Shown here: positions 7,814-16,957 of the stretch, piece by piece | Layout of the letters: each line of letters begins with the position of its first letter | Numbering within the stretch: the stretch's first letter is position 1 | Virus record (IMG/VR): IMGVR_UViG_3300043172_001413 | DNA: 64,000 nt | Strand: one strand, 5' to 3' | Source of the DNA: a virus | Notes under the pieces: model-generated | What the model saw: only the letters and a program-made list of their open reading frames with translations | Database searches by the model: none | What the model was told of the DNA's origin: nothing | Translations under genes and position numbers: made by a program

Positions 7814-8386
7814 ATGAGACCTGAAGACATCGCTTTATATGACATGGATGGTACTCTGTGTGATTACGACCTTGCTCTGAAAAAGAGTATGGAAGAATTA
7901 CGATTTCCCGGAGAGCCTCCCTATACCGGAGTACCAAGAGACAATGCTCCGGCATACTTGAGAGCTCGGTCTGATTTGATACGTTCAAAGACAGACTGGT
8001 GGGCAAAACTCCCTAAATTTCAGCTGGGTTTTGATCTCTGGGAATTAACTCAGTCCATGGGATACCAGCACATGATTCTGACTCAGGGTCCGAAAAGGAA
8101 CCCGAAGGCCTGGATGGGAAAGAAGATGTGGATCGACAAAAATCTCGGAACGGATGTCGATATCACCATTACCCGTAAAAAGGAAGCTGTTTACGGCAAA
8201 ATCCTTGTTGATGATTGGCCTGAATATGTTCTACAGTGGCTAGAGTGGAGACCGCGGGGATTGGTCATTATGCCGGTTCAGAAACACAATATCTCTTTTA
8301 ATCATCCACAGGCTATCCATTATGATGGCAGTAATATTGGATTAGTAAAGGAACACATATTACGTTTCCAGCAGGGTCAAAGATGA
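7814..8386 (+). CDS. HAD-superfamily hydrolase, 5'(3')-deoxyribonucleotidase-like
   Basis: N-terminal HAD motif I LYDMDGTLCDYD. Later ILVDD. Resembles phage/NT5C-type nucleotidases. Confidence 0.5.
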   Translation: MRPEDIALYDMDGTLCDYDLALKKSMEELRFPGEPPYTGVPRDNAPAYLRARSDLIRSKTDWWAKLPKFQLGFDLWELTQSMGYQHMILTQGPKRNPKAWMGKKMWIDKNLGTDVDITITRKKEAVYGKILVDDWPEYVLQWLEWRPRGLVIMPVQKHNISFNHPQAIHYDGSNIGLVKEHILRFQQGQR

Positions 8387-8592
8387 AATACAATGTACAA
8401 GCTATTGAATTTAGAGAGGAAATGCTGAGAAATCTGGGTGATCGTTTCACAAAGATGGCAGAAGAAATCGCATCCAAGGATAAGAGGGAAATCGTCTCTA
8501 AAGAAGACATGGCCAGAGCAGCTCTTCTCATATGCAAAGGATATGATCGAGAAAAGGATGTAAAATATCTAGTGAAAACAGGGCTTTTATGA
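8383..8592 (+). CDS. hypothetical protein (69 aa)
   Basis: ORF whose start overlaps the upstream stop (atga). Confidence 0.3.
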   Translation: MKYNVQAIEFREEMLRNLGDRFTKMAEEIASKDKREIVSKEDMARAALLICKGYDREKDVKYLVKTGLL

Positions 8593-8742
8593 TTGATTCT
8601 AAAAAGGGTATTCCGGGGCAAACTATTATTTTCTGCTCGATATGTGAAAAACAGGATCTCTTGCTTAATTGGATGCCCTGTGACATGTGGAATGGTGTTG
8701 TCAGGGAATTTAAAGAGGAACATAAAAACTGTGGAGAAGTAA

Positions 8743-9048
8743 ATGGGCAAACATCTCTGTGAAGTCTGTCATAAGAATGAAATTGTTGGGGTAGCATGTG
8801 TTCCGGGAATACCCTACAGTGCCGGGTACTGTGTTGAGTGCCTAAGAGCAAACGCTCATCCCTGGGATATTCTTGTAGGGCAGGTTGCCTGCATAGGGGG
8901 TTTGGATAAAGTTCATGGAGAGTTTGTGCAAATGGTTGAATGTACCTGTAAGCATCTTGATAAAACGCTGGAGCAGTTCAACGCAGAGGTCCAGCAGTCA
9001 ATAAAATCACTTGAGAAATATGAGGATTATGAAGACCCAGAAGAATAA
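8743..9048 (+). CDS. hypothetical Cys-rich protein (101 aa)
   Basis: ORF with CEVCH ... CVEC motifs. Confidence 0.4.
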   Translation: MGKHLCEVCHKNEIVGVACVPGIPYSAGYCVECLRANAHPWDILVGQVACIGGLDKVHGEFVQMVECTCKHLDKTLEQFNAEVQQSIKSLEKYEDYEDPEE

Positions 9049-9610
9049 AATAGAGATTACCAAGGTTAATCCCGATTTTTGGAAATTATCCGATGGAGTC
9101 GATAAAGTCTATTTTGAAAAGAAAACTGATCTCTTGCGATTAAAGCGGGAAATGAAAGACCAAGGATTTACGACATTAAAACCTTTTCTGAAAAAGACAA
9201 AAAACCGTTATTGGAAGGACTGGGGAATTGGTGCGGTTAATTACCTTAAAGGCCCTCCCATCGACGTTGAAGAATGGGAAGAAAAATACGCTCAAGATTA
9301 TAAACCGCCTGAGAAAAAGGAACCGGAACCAGAAAAAGAAAAGTTAAAATTAGTATATAGCGTTTATGACTTGTCAGAAAAGCAGTTTGAATGGTTTGAA
9401 AAGAATGGCCTTCTCTGCGAGGATCTTAAAAGTTGCTGGTTATCGAAAGATGGGATTTTAGATATTATCTATGACAGCGGTCACGGGCCTGATTTAGAAG
9501 AAATTCCCAGGAAATGGTGGGTAGGGTCGAGGTTTAAACAGACAGAGATAGCTCGTTTTGAAGAGCATTGGAAGGAAAACCAAGAAAATGAGGTTTTATG
9601 GGAAGCATAA
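9011..9610 (+). CDS. hypothetical protein (199 aa)
   Basis: ORF. K/E-rich. No recognisable domain. Confidence 0.4.
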   Translation: MRNMRIMKTQKNKIEITKVNPDFWKLSDGVDKVYFEKKTDLLRLKREMKDQGFTTLKPFLKKTKNRYWKDWGIGAVNYLKGPPIDVEEWEEKYAQDYKPPEKKEPEPEKEKLKLVYSVYDLSEKQFEWFEKNGLLCEDLKSCWLSKDGILDIIYDSGHGPDLEEIPRKWWVGSRFKQTEIARFEEHWKENQENEVLWEA

Positions 9611-9703
9611 GCAGTATTTAAGGCACAGAGGATAAAATGATTGAAGATATAATTTATTGGATAAAATGGTTTATAAAAACTTTATGGAAGTGCTTTTTTT
9701 AAT

Positions 9704-9789
9704 GGCCAGGTGGCGGAATTGGTAGACGCTACAGATTTAAGATCTGTTATCCGTAGGGTGTCCGAGTTCGAGTCTCGGTCTGGCTACCA
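9704..9789 (+). tRNA. tRNA-Leu (UAA), long variable arm
   Basis: ggccaggtggcggaattggtagacgc t acaga-tttaaga-tctgt, variable arm tatccgtagggtgt, T-arm ccgag-ttcgagt-ctcgg, tctggct a cca. Confidence 0.75.
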
Positions 9790-9803
9790 TTAAGGAAATA
9801 ACA

Positions 9804-10049
9804 ATGACTGAAGCAGATAGACTGGTTGAAGTAACAAATGAATTAGCTGATATCAATGATTCTTTCGAGTTTTTCAAATATCTTGATATTAGAATAATTT
9901 TGATAGAATTTCTGTTCCTCTGGTTTGTAGTCACTGCAATGTTTTGCCTTTATGAAGGTGATATAAGTGATGTTCTTATGAGCCAGGTAATGTTTTTTGT
10001 AAATACAGTTGAGTCTATTAAAGACTCGATATCTAATTTAAAGTGGTGA
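9804..10049 (+). CDS. hypothetical membrane protein (81 aa)
   Basis: ORF with a hydrophobic segment ILIEFLFLWFVVTAMFCL. Confidence 0.3.
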   Translation: MTEADRLVEVTNELADINDSFEFFKYLDIRIILIEFLFLWFVVTAMFCLYEGDISDVLMSQVMFFVNTVESIKDSISNLKW

Positions 10050-10050
10050 T

Positions 10051-10320
10051 ATGAAACGAAGAGGATTTTTAAAACTTCTGGCTGCAGTCCCGGTAGCTTT
10101 GGCAATCATGCCGGAAGAGCGTCCGAAAAAATTAACTCAAAAAGATAAAGAGCGCATAATTGGAGAATTATTACGTACTTCCGAAGGAAGAAAGAAACTT
10201 ACTGAAGCTATGAGGCAGCCTTTACGTAGGGCTATTGACTATAAAAATGTGTCCCGTAAAGTTCTATCAGTACAACCTTTACCAGTACAACATACAAATT
10301 TACTGGCAGAAATAAAATGA
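10051..10320 (+). CDS. small protein with a twin-arginine (Tat)-type signal peptide
   Basis: MKRRGFLKLLAAVPVALA matches the S/T-R-R-x-F-L-K Tat consensus followed by an AxA site. Confidence 0.5.
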   Translation: MKRRGFLKLLAAVPVALAIMPEERPKKLTQKDKERIIGELLRTSEGRKKLTEAMRQPLRRAIDYKNVSRKVLSVQPLPVQHTNLLAEIK

Positions 10321-10541
10321 AACGAAGAGGATTTCTAAAATTTCTGGCTGTAGCTCCGGTGGCTCTGGCTGTTAAACCGAAGAAGAAGAAAAAATATGTG
10401 CATCGTGCGCCTAAGATATCTAATGAAGATATCATAAATAGGCATTATGAAATAATAGATAAAATGCAGCAAAGAGCAATGGCTGAAATAGTAGCTGAAG
10501 AAGATCGGCACATGTTTGAATTAATGAGAAAAGCAGCATAA
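10317..10541 (+). CDS. tandem paralog of 10051-10320 with a Tat-type signal peptide
   Basis: MKRRGFLKFLAVAPVALAVKPKKKKK. The 5' 50 nt are about 85% identical to the upstream gene. Confidence 0.5.
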   Translation: MKRRGFLKFLAVAPVALAVKPKKKKKYVHRAPKISNEDIINRHYEIIDKMQQRAMAEIVAEEDRHMFELMRKAA

Positions 10542-10729
10542 TGTTAAATTTTTTATTTACTCTAATTTTCAGACCAAAAACTGCTGAAGATGCTCTTATG
10601 CTCGGTAAAGATTATTATAATTGGTGGTGTGAGCAAAGGGGTATAGTTGAGTTACCGGTTAACCCTGACAAATACGCTAATCCGTTTCTCACAAAGGAGC
10701 AGGTGAAAAGATTAAAAGAGAATGAGTAA
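10541..10729 (+). CDS. hypothetical protein (62 aa)
   Basis: ORF. Weak support. Confidence 0.25.
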   Translation: MLNFLFTLIFRPKTAEDALMLGKDYYNWWCEQRGIVELPVNPDKYANPFLTKEQVKRLKENE

Positions 10730-10895
10730 ATATTACTGTGAGAATCCTGACTGTGATAATGAGATACCGGAACCTGTAATGTGTTGTAGCGGGAGAGATT
10801 GCGGATGCATGGGTTTACCTATATATCCTCCGGTGTGCTCACAGGAATGTTACGATAAAATGTACGGGAAAAAAGATGTTTCACATGAAACATAG

Positions 10896-10982
10896 GGCCA
10901 AATGGCGGAATTGGTAGACGCACTGGACTCAAAATCCAGCGGGGGAAACTCTGTGAGGGTTCAAGTCCCTCTTTGGCCACCA
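10896..10982 (+). tRNA. tRNA-Leu (CAA), long variable arm
   Basis: ggccaaatggcggaattggtagacgc a ctgga-ctcaaaa-tccag, variable arm cgggggaaactctgt, T-arm gaggg-ttcaagt-ccctc, tttggcc a cca. Confidence 0.75.
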
Positions 10983-11025
10983 TTAATACGCTCCGGTAGC
11001 TCAGTCAGAACAGAGCAACGGTCTT

Positions 11026-11630
11026 TTAAAATGGAGCCTTCTGTGTGGAAGATTAGGAAGATTGTTTCTAAAGGTGATTATAATTATGCTGTTGTTCCAG
11101 AACATCCTTTTGCTATAAAAAATGGCTATGTATTGGAACATCGTATAGTTATGGAAAATCATCTGGGTAGGCTTCTTAATCCCAATGAGCTGGTTCATCA
11201 TAAAGATGAACAAACTAAACATAATGATATCTTAAATCTCGAAATTAAGATAAAGGGCGAGCATGAAAGATACCATCAATTGCAGAAAGGACGGTTATGG
11301 GTAAGTCTTAAGTGCCCTCAGTGTAAAAAGATTTTTGAGAGGGAAAGAAGACTGACTTTTCTTTCAAAAGGAGATTCTTGTACATGTTGTTCTCACAGAT
11401 GTAAGGGTCTTTTTAATAGGAAAATACAGCTCAAAGGAAGAACTGCAGAAGTGGAGCAGGCTATATCGGAGAACGTCGTAAGAGAGTACCGTAGGTATTC
11501 ACACGATAATTCCGAGCAAACCTTAAACAAGGGGATGCGTAGAGGCCATACGCCTGCCGTCTGAAATGATGAAGAAATGGTCCAGCCAGCAAGCCTATAA
11601 TAGGTGGTTATGGAAACATGATGCTGGATG
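11026..11630 (+). mobile_element. group I intron (605 nt) with an HNH homing-endonuclease ORF, inserted in the tRNA anticodon loop
   Basis: The 3' portion (gataattccgagcaaacc ... gaaatggtccagcc ... g) parallels the 3' core of the ORF-less intron at 23189-23385 (gaattcaggggaacc ... gagatagtccaggcc). Ends in G before the 3' exon. I could not assign the P1 pairing confidently. Confidence 0.55.
11031..11564 (+). CDS. intron-encoded HNH homing endonuclease
   Basis: YVLEHRIVMENHLGRLLNPNELVHHKDEQTKHNDILNLEIKIKGEHERYH. Homologous to the ORFs at 22562-23164 and 13944-14627. The six-frame ORF call from 10902 is an artefact that runs through two tRNA sequences. Confidence 0.6.
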   Translation: MEPSVWKIRKIVSKGDYNYAVVPEHPFAIKNGYVLEHRIVMENHLGRLLNPNELVHHKDEQTKHNDILNLEIKIKGEHERYHQLQKGRLWVSLKCPQCKKIFERERRLTFLSKGDSCTCCSHRCKGLFNRKIQLKGRTAEVEQAISENVVREYRRYSHDNSEQTLNKGMRRGHTPAV

Positions 11631-11666
11631 CTAAACCGTAGGTCCCAGGTTTAAATCCTGGCCGGA

Positions 11667-11921
11667 GTGCCATATTTTAATAATCTATTGATAAGGGGTA
11701 AATCAGAAATGGTTTTAATACTCTTTATTAAAGGTTTTTTCATGGAAAATTTAAAGCGCGAACTACGGCAGGAAGCCGAAAAAAAACACGGGAAGATTTA
11801 CCCCTCAGGTAAAAGAGATAAACTGGATGACTGCTATACTGAAGATGGTGGCCAATTAATGTTTTGGTTTAATCTCGAGGACCAGTCTACGAAAATGTTA
11901 GCACGGGAGATACATAACTAA
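11667..11921 (+). CDS. hypothetical protein (84 aa)
   Basis: ORF. Confidence 0.3.
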   Translation: MPYFNNLLIRGKSEMVLILFIKGFFMENLKRELRQEAEKKHGKIYPSGKRDKLDDCYTEDGGQLMFWFNLEDQSTKMLAREIHN

Positions 11922-12130
11922 TGCGAGTAGATATAGAGCGTGTACGGAAAATCCAGGAAGAACGCACGAAGATCAATAAAGCGGATCTTGAAGATATCGA
12001 ATGGTATGAGGATGGGAAGAAGCTTGAGATCAGTCCTAAAGTGATAGAGGATTTTAAATTTATCGGGTTAAATAATACTGATTTTATCATATCAAATTAT
12101 TATTTAGAAAAAGAGTTCCGGATTTGGTGA
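11921..12130 (+). CDS. hypothetical protein (69 aa)
   Basis: ORF with an atga start/stop overlap. Confidence 0.3.
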   Translation: MRVDIERVRKIQEERTKINKADLEDIEWYEDGKKLEISPKVIEDFKFIGLNNTDFIISNYYLEKEFRIW

Positions 12131-12161
12131 CTTCATAACAGTGGATGATTCAAGGATTTAC

Positions 12162-12235
12162 GTCCCTGTAGCTCAGTTGGATAGAGCGCAAGTTTCCTAA
12201 ACTTGAGGTCGAAGGTTCGATTCCTTTCAGGGATA
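12162..12235 (+). tRNA. tRNA-Arg (CCU)
   Basis: gtccctgtagctcagttggatagagcg caagt-ttcctaa-acttg aggtc gaagg-ttcgatt-ccttt cagggat a. No encoded CCA. Confidence 0.75.
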
Positions 12236-12240
12236 TTTTT

Positions 12241-12435
12241 ATGAAAACAGTAAGTGATATAATAATAGAAACCCGGCGCAGAGCTTTACGCCATGTAACC
12301 CTTGCACCAACAAGGATATATGATATTCGTAAGGACTATAAAACCGGGAAACTTATAATTAAACCGAAGGAGCGCGTTATGCCAGCACTTCGTAACACCA
12401 ATTATCTGCAGTATGATACCCGAAGTGTAACATAA
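12241..12435 (+). CDS. hypothetical protein (64 aa)
   Basis: ORF. Confidence 0.3.
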   Translation: MKTVSDIIIETRRRALRHVTLAPTRIYDIRKDYKTGKLIIKPKERVMPALRNTNYLQYDTRSVT

Positions 12436-12455
12436 AACAGAGAGGAGGATAATCT

Positions 12456-13073
12456 ATGACTTCAATAGTTGTTTTAACAAAAAACTTTCAGTTTCACACT
12501 GAAGTCGGAATTGAAAAATTCTGGAGTTGGTTAGTAAAGGAAAAAATCCATGTTGTTGTATCACATGACGGCGTACAGACCTATGTTGATTATAATCGTC
12601 AGAAGATGTCGGTCGATCAGGCTATATCAACATTTAAGGTCAGGCGACCAATGGTAGTACAACTATTGAAATTCGCGGGTTATTGTCCAAAGACTGAAGA
12701 GATTGGTTTTAATAAAGCTGCAGTCTTTGATCGTGATGATAATTACTGCCAATACTGGCATTACAATGAATTAAATCGTAAGTTTAAGTATAAATGTAAG
12801 CCAAGTGAGAGGACTATGGATCATATTATTCCAAAGATTCAGGGTGGTGAGCCCCATTCTTTCACCAACTGTGTATGTTCATGCCGGCATTGTAATATTG
12901 ATATCAAGAAAGGTCGCACTCCGAAGGAAGCTGGTCTGAAATTGATTCGGGAACCGTTTATTCCGAAAAGGAACAAACGTAGTTTTGTTCAGTTTAAGTT
13001 CCCGTATGATGAGAGTAAACTTTCACATAGGATTTACGTGAAACATATCTTAAAAGCAGAGAAGGTGTCCTAA
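12456..13073 (+). CDS. HNH endonuclease
   Basis: C-terminal half: NYCQYWHYNEL...TMDHIIPKIQGGEPHSFTNCVCSCRHCNIDIKKG. Confidence 0.65.
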   Translation: MTSIVVLTKNFQFHTEVGIEKFWSWLVKEKIHVVVSHDGVQTYVDYNRQKMSVDQAISTFKVRRPMVVQLLKFAGYCPKTEEIGFNKAAVFDRDDNYCQYWHYNELNRKFKYKCKPSERTMDHIIPKIQGGEPHSFTNCVCSCRHCNIDIKKGRTPKEAGLKLIREPFIPKRNKRSFVQFKFPYDESKLSHRIYVKHILKAEKVS

Positions 13074-13088
13074 CGGGCACCTTTTTTA
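13064..13088 (+). terminator. intrinsic terminator
   Basis: ggtgtcc taac gggcacc followed by tttttt. Overlaps the stop of the 12456-13073 gene. Confidence 0.6.
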
Positions 13089-13102
13089 ATGGAGGAGAGA
13101 TT

Positions 13103-13387
13103 TTGAACTGTTACCATTGTGGTGGAGAAGCCGAGCAAGTCCCGTTCAACGAAATCGCTCAAAAGTCAAAAGAGATAGTAGACGAGAATTTTGCTGAAGC
13201 AGATGAAGACGATAGAGCTTTTATTGCAGGTGTTTCAATTTTGTTAGCATCAGGTCCTTATGGACGTTTTCGATGTAAAGAGTGTAAGAAGTCTTTGAGT
13301 GCTATGGAACTTATAGGCAGAAGTCTATGTAAAGTTGAGCCTTTACCACCGGGAGCGTTAGCACGTTATGCCGAAAAGCAAAAGTAG
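13103..13387 (+). CDS. hypothetical Cys-containing protein (94 aa)
   Basis: ORF with CYHCGG and CKECKK motifs. Confidence 0.35.
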   Translation: MNCYHCGGEAEQVPFNEIAQKSKEIVDENFAEADEDDRAFIAGVSILLASGPYGRFRCKECKKSLSAMELIGRSLCKVEPLPPGALARYAEKQK

Positions 13388-13662
13388 CAAAAAAAGAAAC
13401 AAGCGTATCTCGACAAGACGGGCTTTGAGAACGACAAGTGTTGATACCAAGCAGGACTCTATACGGGCCGGGAGGAGAGGTTACGGACTTGGGATAGGTA
13501 AGTGATTTAATAATTTATGGAGGTTAGCATAATGGAGGATACAATGAATAATATGGCAGAAGAGAAATTGAAATACGAGAAACCAGTATTTGAGAAAGAA
13601 GAAGAACTTACTTTTCCCGTGGAAATTATTGAACAGTTTAATGGAGGCCGATTCTGTGTCCA

Positions 13663-13923
13663 GTGCTCTGGTTGTCATGGGTGCCGATAATGACCCATAT
13701 GCGAACTGAAAAAAAAAGAGCTGATATGGGATATACTTGCGAGAACTCCCGTAGAAACCATACCTGCAGAGGTCCTCTTTACGTGGTTAGAGATAATAAA
13801 AAGGAAAGAGTTCTCTGTTTTGATACCGTTAAACATTTAATTCTTACCGGACACGAAGTCCAGATCATAAAGAATGTCCCCCGGAAAGCCTTTGAGGAAA
13901 AGAAAAGACTGGTCAATTTTTAA
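13663..13923 (+). CDS. hypothetical protein (86 aa)
   Basis: ORF. Confidence 0.3.
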   Translation: MLWLSWVPIMTHMRTEKKRADMGYTCENSRRNHTCRGPLYVVRDNKKERVLCFDTVKHLILTGHEVQIIKNVPRKAFEEKKRLVNF

Positions 13924-13943
13924 TAATGAATTAATATCTATTT

Positions 13944-14627
13944 ATGGGTATGGCAAAGAAGAAGCTCTTCGAGATTGATAAAGATAGCATTGTTAAGGCC
14001 ACAAAAGGTGGCTATTATTATTGCACGACTACTCCTCCACATCCCTATGGTGAAAAGCGCGATGATAGAAAAAAGAAATACATTTATTATCATAGAGCAC
14101 TTTTAGAGCAGAAGCTGGGCAGATATCTGAAATCTGAGGAGCAAGCAGACCATAAAGACGGTAATAAAGAGCACAATACCTCTTCAAATCTTGTATTATT
14201 AGTCCGCGGGCCGCATCAGAAGAGTCACGCTGAAAGAGGAAATCATTTCTGGAAGAAATCTCCTCGAAATAAACCTGGCAGGAAAGGTGCACGGAATGTC
14301 TTGGCAAAGTTTATTGAAGGTAGTGGTATTTTCATAGAAAAATGGATCCCAGTGAAAAAACTCCGAGAACCAAAGAAAAAACAAGCTCAGCGTGTAATAG
14401 CAAAATTTTCAGAAGAAAAGACTGCTGAGATATTATACCAGGCTTTTGTTAGCGGGCGTGAAGATCCGGCATATAAAAAGATGCCTAAATTGTTTCCTGA
14501 TTATAATAGTAATCAGGCGGATGATGCCACAGATTATTTAATGAGAGCTTTTCAGAAGAAACATTTTAATTTAAGTAAGGGGATTTTAAAAAGAGTCCAA
14601 AATAAAATTTTAGCAGGGATTACATAA
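13944..14627 (+). CDS. HNH endonuclease (homing-endonuclease family)
   Basis: YYHRALLEQKLGRYLKSEEQADHKDGNKEHNTSSNLVLLVRGPHQKSHAE. Homologous to the ORFs at 11031-11564 and 22562-23164. Confidence 0.6.
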   Translation: MGMAKKKLFEIDKDSIVKATKGGYYYCTTTPPHPYGEKRDDRKKKYIYYHRALLEQKLGRYLKSEEQADHKDGNKEHNTSSNLVLLVRGPHQKSHAERGNHFWKKSPRNKPGRKGARNVLAKFIEGSGIFIEKWIPVKKLREPKKKQAQRVIAKFSEEKTAEILYQAFVSGREDPAYKKMPKLFPDYNSNQADDATDYLMRAFQKKHFNLSKGILKRVQNKILAGIT

Positions 14628-14877
14628 AGGAGGCGTTTTATGCCGGCAGAAGAGACCTTTCAAAATTCAGACATATACAAAATCAACAGAACTAATGATA
14701 TTGATCTGGGTTCTCAGAATGATTCTACTAACGCTTACGTGCCTGCCGATTATATAGGCACTGTTGGAGTAATAAAACAGAGTATAAATTTACCCGAATG
14801 ATTTATGAAATTTCTCTCTAATATCTTTTCGTAAAATAGTTAGATTGAGCACTTTTGTAATATTTGTGAAACCATAA

Positions 14878-15132
14878 TTATTTCTCCTGTTTTAATTCTT
14901 TTATGATTTCTGGAATGTCTACTTTAGTAGATTTAAATCCACATTTACATAATGCATTAATACCTTTTGATGGTAATGGAATACCTTTACGATACCAATA
15001 AGAAAGACAATCTTTTATAGAAGCCTTACTTACAAATTGTTTTTTTCCACATACTACACAAATAAATTGTACATCTGTAATACTATAACAAGTATTCCTA
15101 CCATTAAAACCACCGTCATAATCTTTACTCAT
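14878..15132 (-). CDS. hypothetical Cys-rich protein (84 aa)
   Basis: First gene of a minus-strand block. CVVCGKK and CKCGF motifs. Confidence 0.4.
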   Translation of the reverse strand: MSKDYDGGFNGRNTCYSITDVQFICVVCGKKQFVSKASIKDCLSYWYRKGIPLPSKGINALCKCGFKSTKVDIPEIIKELKQEK

Positions 15133-15154
15133 ACTATTACCTTACCTGCAGATT

Positions 15155-15382
15155 CTACGCTTTGCCTATCCATCCACCGCGTTTAAGTTCAAGTTGTGAT
15201 TCCAGTCTCTCTGGAAACAGTCTGAGACCTGATACAACTTCGATATATTTCCCATTTTTGAGACGAATTCCAACAGAATCTGGATGCTTTTTATTTCCGA
15301 AAAATCGAATGCTCTTTATAGCATCCCCCTCATATACTTCTGGGACTGGCATTTCTTCTGCTCTTGCTTCATTTTGACACAT
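15155..15382 (-). CDS. hypothetical protein (75 aa)
   Basis: ORF. Confidence 0.35.
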   Translation of the reverse strand: MCQNEARAEEMPVPEVYEGDAIKSIRFFGNKKHPDSVGIRLKNGKYIEVVSGLRLFPERLESQLELKRGGWIGKA

Positions 15383-15396
15383 ATCTTTCTCCTATT

Positions 15397-15738
15397 TTAT
15401 TTTTTGTCCTTTTCCAGAAAAAATTCTCTTGGATCGATTGTCCAGTCAACCTTATCTATTAATTCATGTACCGGAAAGTTAAATATTTTGTTGTAAGGGG
15501 GTAATTTCGGATAATATTTTTTTATAACTACTTCAAAATCTGTAGGGATCTCACTAGGTGGAGTACCTGAAAGGAGCTCTCTGGCCATAATTTTGGCTTT
15601 AAAGTCAATTATCAAGATATCGAGAAATTCTTTAATAGGTTTAATTTTCTTCATCATCCTCTTTTTTGAGAGAGGAGCAAGTACGAAAATACCTATTAAG
15701 AGTCCTATAATTGGACCAATTAAAATTAAATAATTCAT
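15397..15738 (-). CDS. hypothetical membrane protein (113 aa)
   Basis: N-terminal TM helix LILIGPIIGLLIGIFVLAPL. Confidence 0.4.
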   Translation of the reverse strand: MNYLILIGPIIGLLIGIFVLAPLSKKRMMKKIKPIKEFLDILIIDFKAKIMARELLSGTPPSEIPTDFEVVIKKYYPKLPPYNKIFNFPVHELIDKVDWTIDPREFFLEKDKK

Positions 15739-16376
15739 ACTTTTTTATCCACTCCTGTCATTAACATTTTATCGACACAGACATCTTTGAAATTATCTTC
15801 ACTGTTGCCGTAGAAATGCTCTTCAAAATTTGCCCACCCTCTGGGTTCATCTAATACATCGGACACCATCATAGGTCTCTCAAGGCCCCTCTGAGCCCTT
15901 TTAAGATACCGGTCGTACAGGGTGATATAAACTGAGGCAGCGAGATTTGCACAGTGAGCCATAGGAATAAATACAAACCGGTGGCAAAAGCTTCTGGCTA
16001 TTTTTGGGAGACCTCCGTCTTCCGGGCCAAATACATAGAGAGCATTCTCTGGATGGTCAAATGTTGTCAGCATCTCAGCACCTTCCATTACTTCAATTCC
16101 TATCGGAGTAACATCAGGGAATTGCTCAAAGAAATAATCGAACTGGATGATATCAACTTTACTGTAACCCTTCATCCGTTCTTCCCGGGGCATCCGAGAT
16201 CGGCTGGTCAGTTCCATCTGAACCCGATTACCGGTGAACCAGCACTGCTCTATTCCAAAACAACTGCAGGCACGTACAACTTGGCTCACATTCCTGGAAT
16301 ATTTTGGATTAATGAGGGATACAGCCGGAGCTTTCCCTATTGTTTGTTTTCCTTTACCAAATATTGCTCTATTCAT
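15735..16376 (-). CDS. SPOUT-class (SpoU/TrmH-like) RNA 2'-O-methyltransferase
   Basis: VSLINPKYSRNVSQVVRACSCFG ... ALYVFGPEDGGLP ... IPMAHCANLAASVYITLYD match the SpoU motifs. Confidence 0.6.
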   Translation of the reverse strand: MNRAIFGKGKQTIGKAPAVSLINPKYSRNVSQVVRACSCFGIEQCWFTGNRVQMELTSRSRMPREERMKGYSKVDIIQFDYFFEQFPDVTPIGIEVMEGAEMLTTFDHPENALYVFGPEDGGLPKIARSFCHRFVFIPMAHCANLAASVYITLYDRYLKRAQRGLERPMMVSDVLDEPRGWANFEEHFYGNSEDNFKDVCVDKMLMTGVDKKV

Positions 16377-16489
16377 TTCAAAAATCCTTTATAAGACAAA
16401 TTGTGAAATAATACTGAGCATGAATTTCTATTGAAATAGAGTTTTGCCCTTTATTTTAATTGATTTTTTTGATAAATCAGAAAGAATAT

Positions 16490-16792
16490 TCATTTTCCAC
16501 ATTCTATACCATCCTTTTTGTCTCGTTCTTTAAGAGCCCATGGATGGCCCGGCAGGGGGCTTTGTTCACAAACAGGTATCCCGAATTCACAAGCAGGACA
16601 TTCCGGTTTTTGTTTCATTTTCTCCACTGGAATGGACGGCTTTTCATATCCTTCTAAATAGTCCATGTAAATTTTTACAGCTATTACCTTTTTACCACAA
16701 ACACGACATTTTGCAGGATTTAGCCGTTTTAGACCACTGATATCTCGATTTTCTTCACACCTCGGACAAACATAGGTATAATAAAATTCCAT
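16490..16792 (-). CDS. hypothetical multi-Cys zinc-finger protein (100 aa)
   Basis: CPRCEEN, CRVCGKK and CPACEFG motifs. Confidence 0.4.
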   Translation of the reverse strand: MEFYYTYVCPRCEENRDISGLKRLNPAKCRVCGKKVIAVKIYMDYLEGYEKPSIPVEKMKQKPECPACEFGIPVCEQSPLPGHPWALKERDKKDGIECGK

Positions 16793-16957
16793 TATATTAC
16801 TCTCCGAAATCTTTAACTTCTAATATTTGCTTGCAATCCATACAGATTTTTATTTTAATTGTGGTTGTTTTATAGGTTTCATTGCCTGGCATTAAATTTC
16901 TGTGTATGTGGCATTCTGCTGGGAAAAATTCTACGTAATTTTCATGTGAACATTTTT

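Larger units (their letters stand above)
10990..11672 (+). tRNA. intron-containing tRNA. Spliced anticodon is UCU (Arg) if the junction is ctt|ctaa; UUU (Lys) is the alternative
   Basis: 5' exon gctccggtagctcagtcagaacagagca acggt ctt (10990-11025). 3' exon ctaa accgt aggtc ccagg-tttaaat-cctgg ccggagt g cca (11631-11672). The two halves form the acceptor and anticodon stems. The 5' half matches E. coli tRNA-Arg(UCU) agagcaacgacc-ttctaa. Confidence 0.65.

Noticed and set aside
10902-11564. A single 220-aa CDS starting at 10902
   Set aside because: Its first 43 codons read through the 3' end of tRNA-Leu(CAA) and the 5' exon of the split tRNA. The HNH protein most plausibly starts at an internal Met at 11031 or later, inside the intron.
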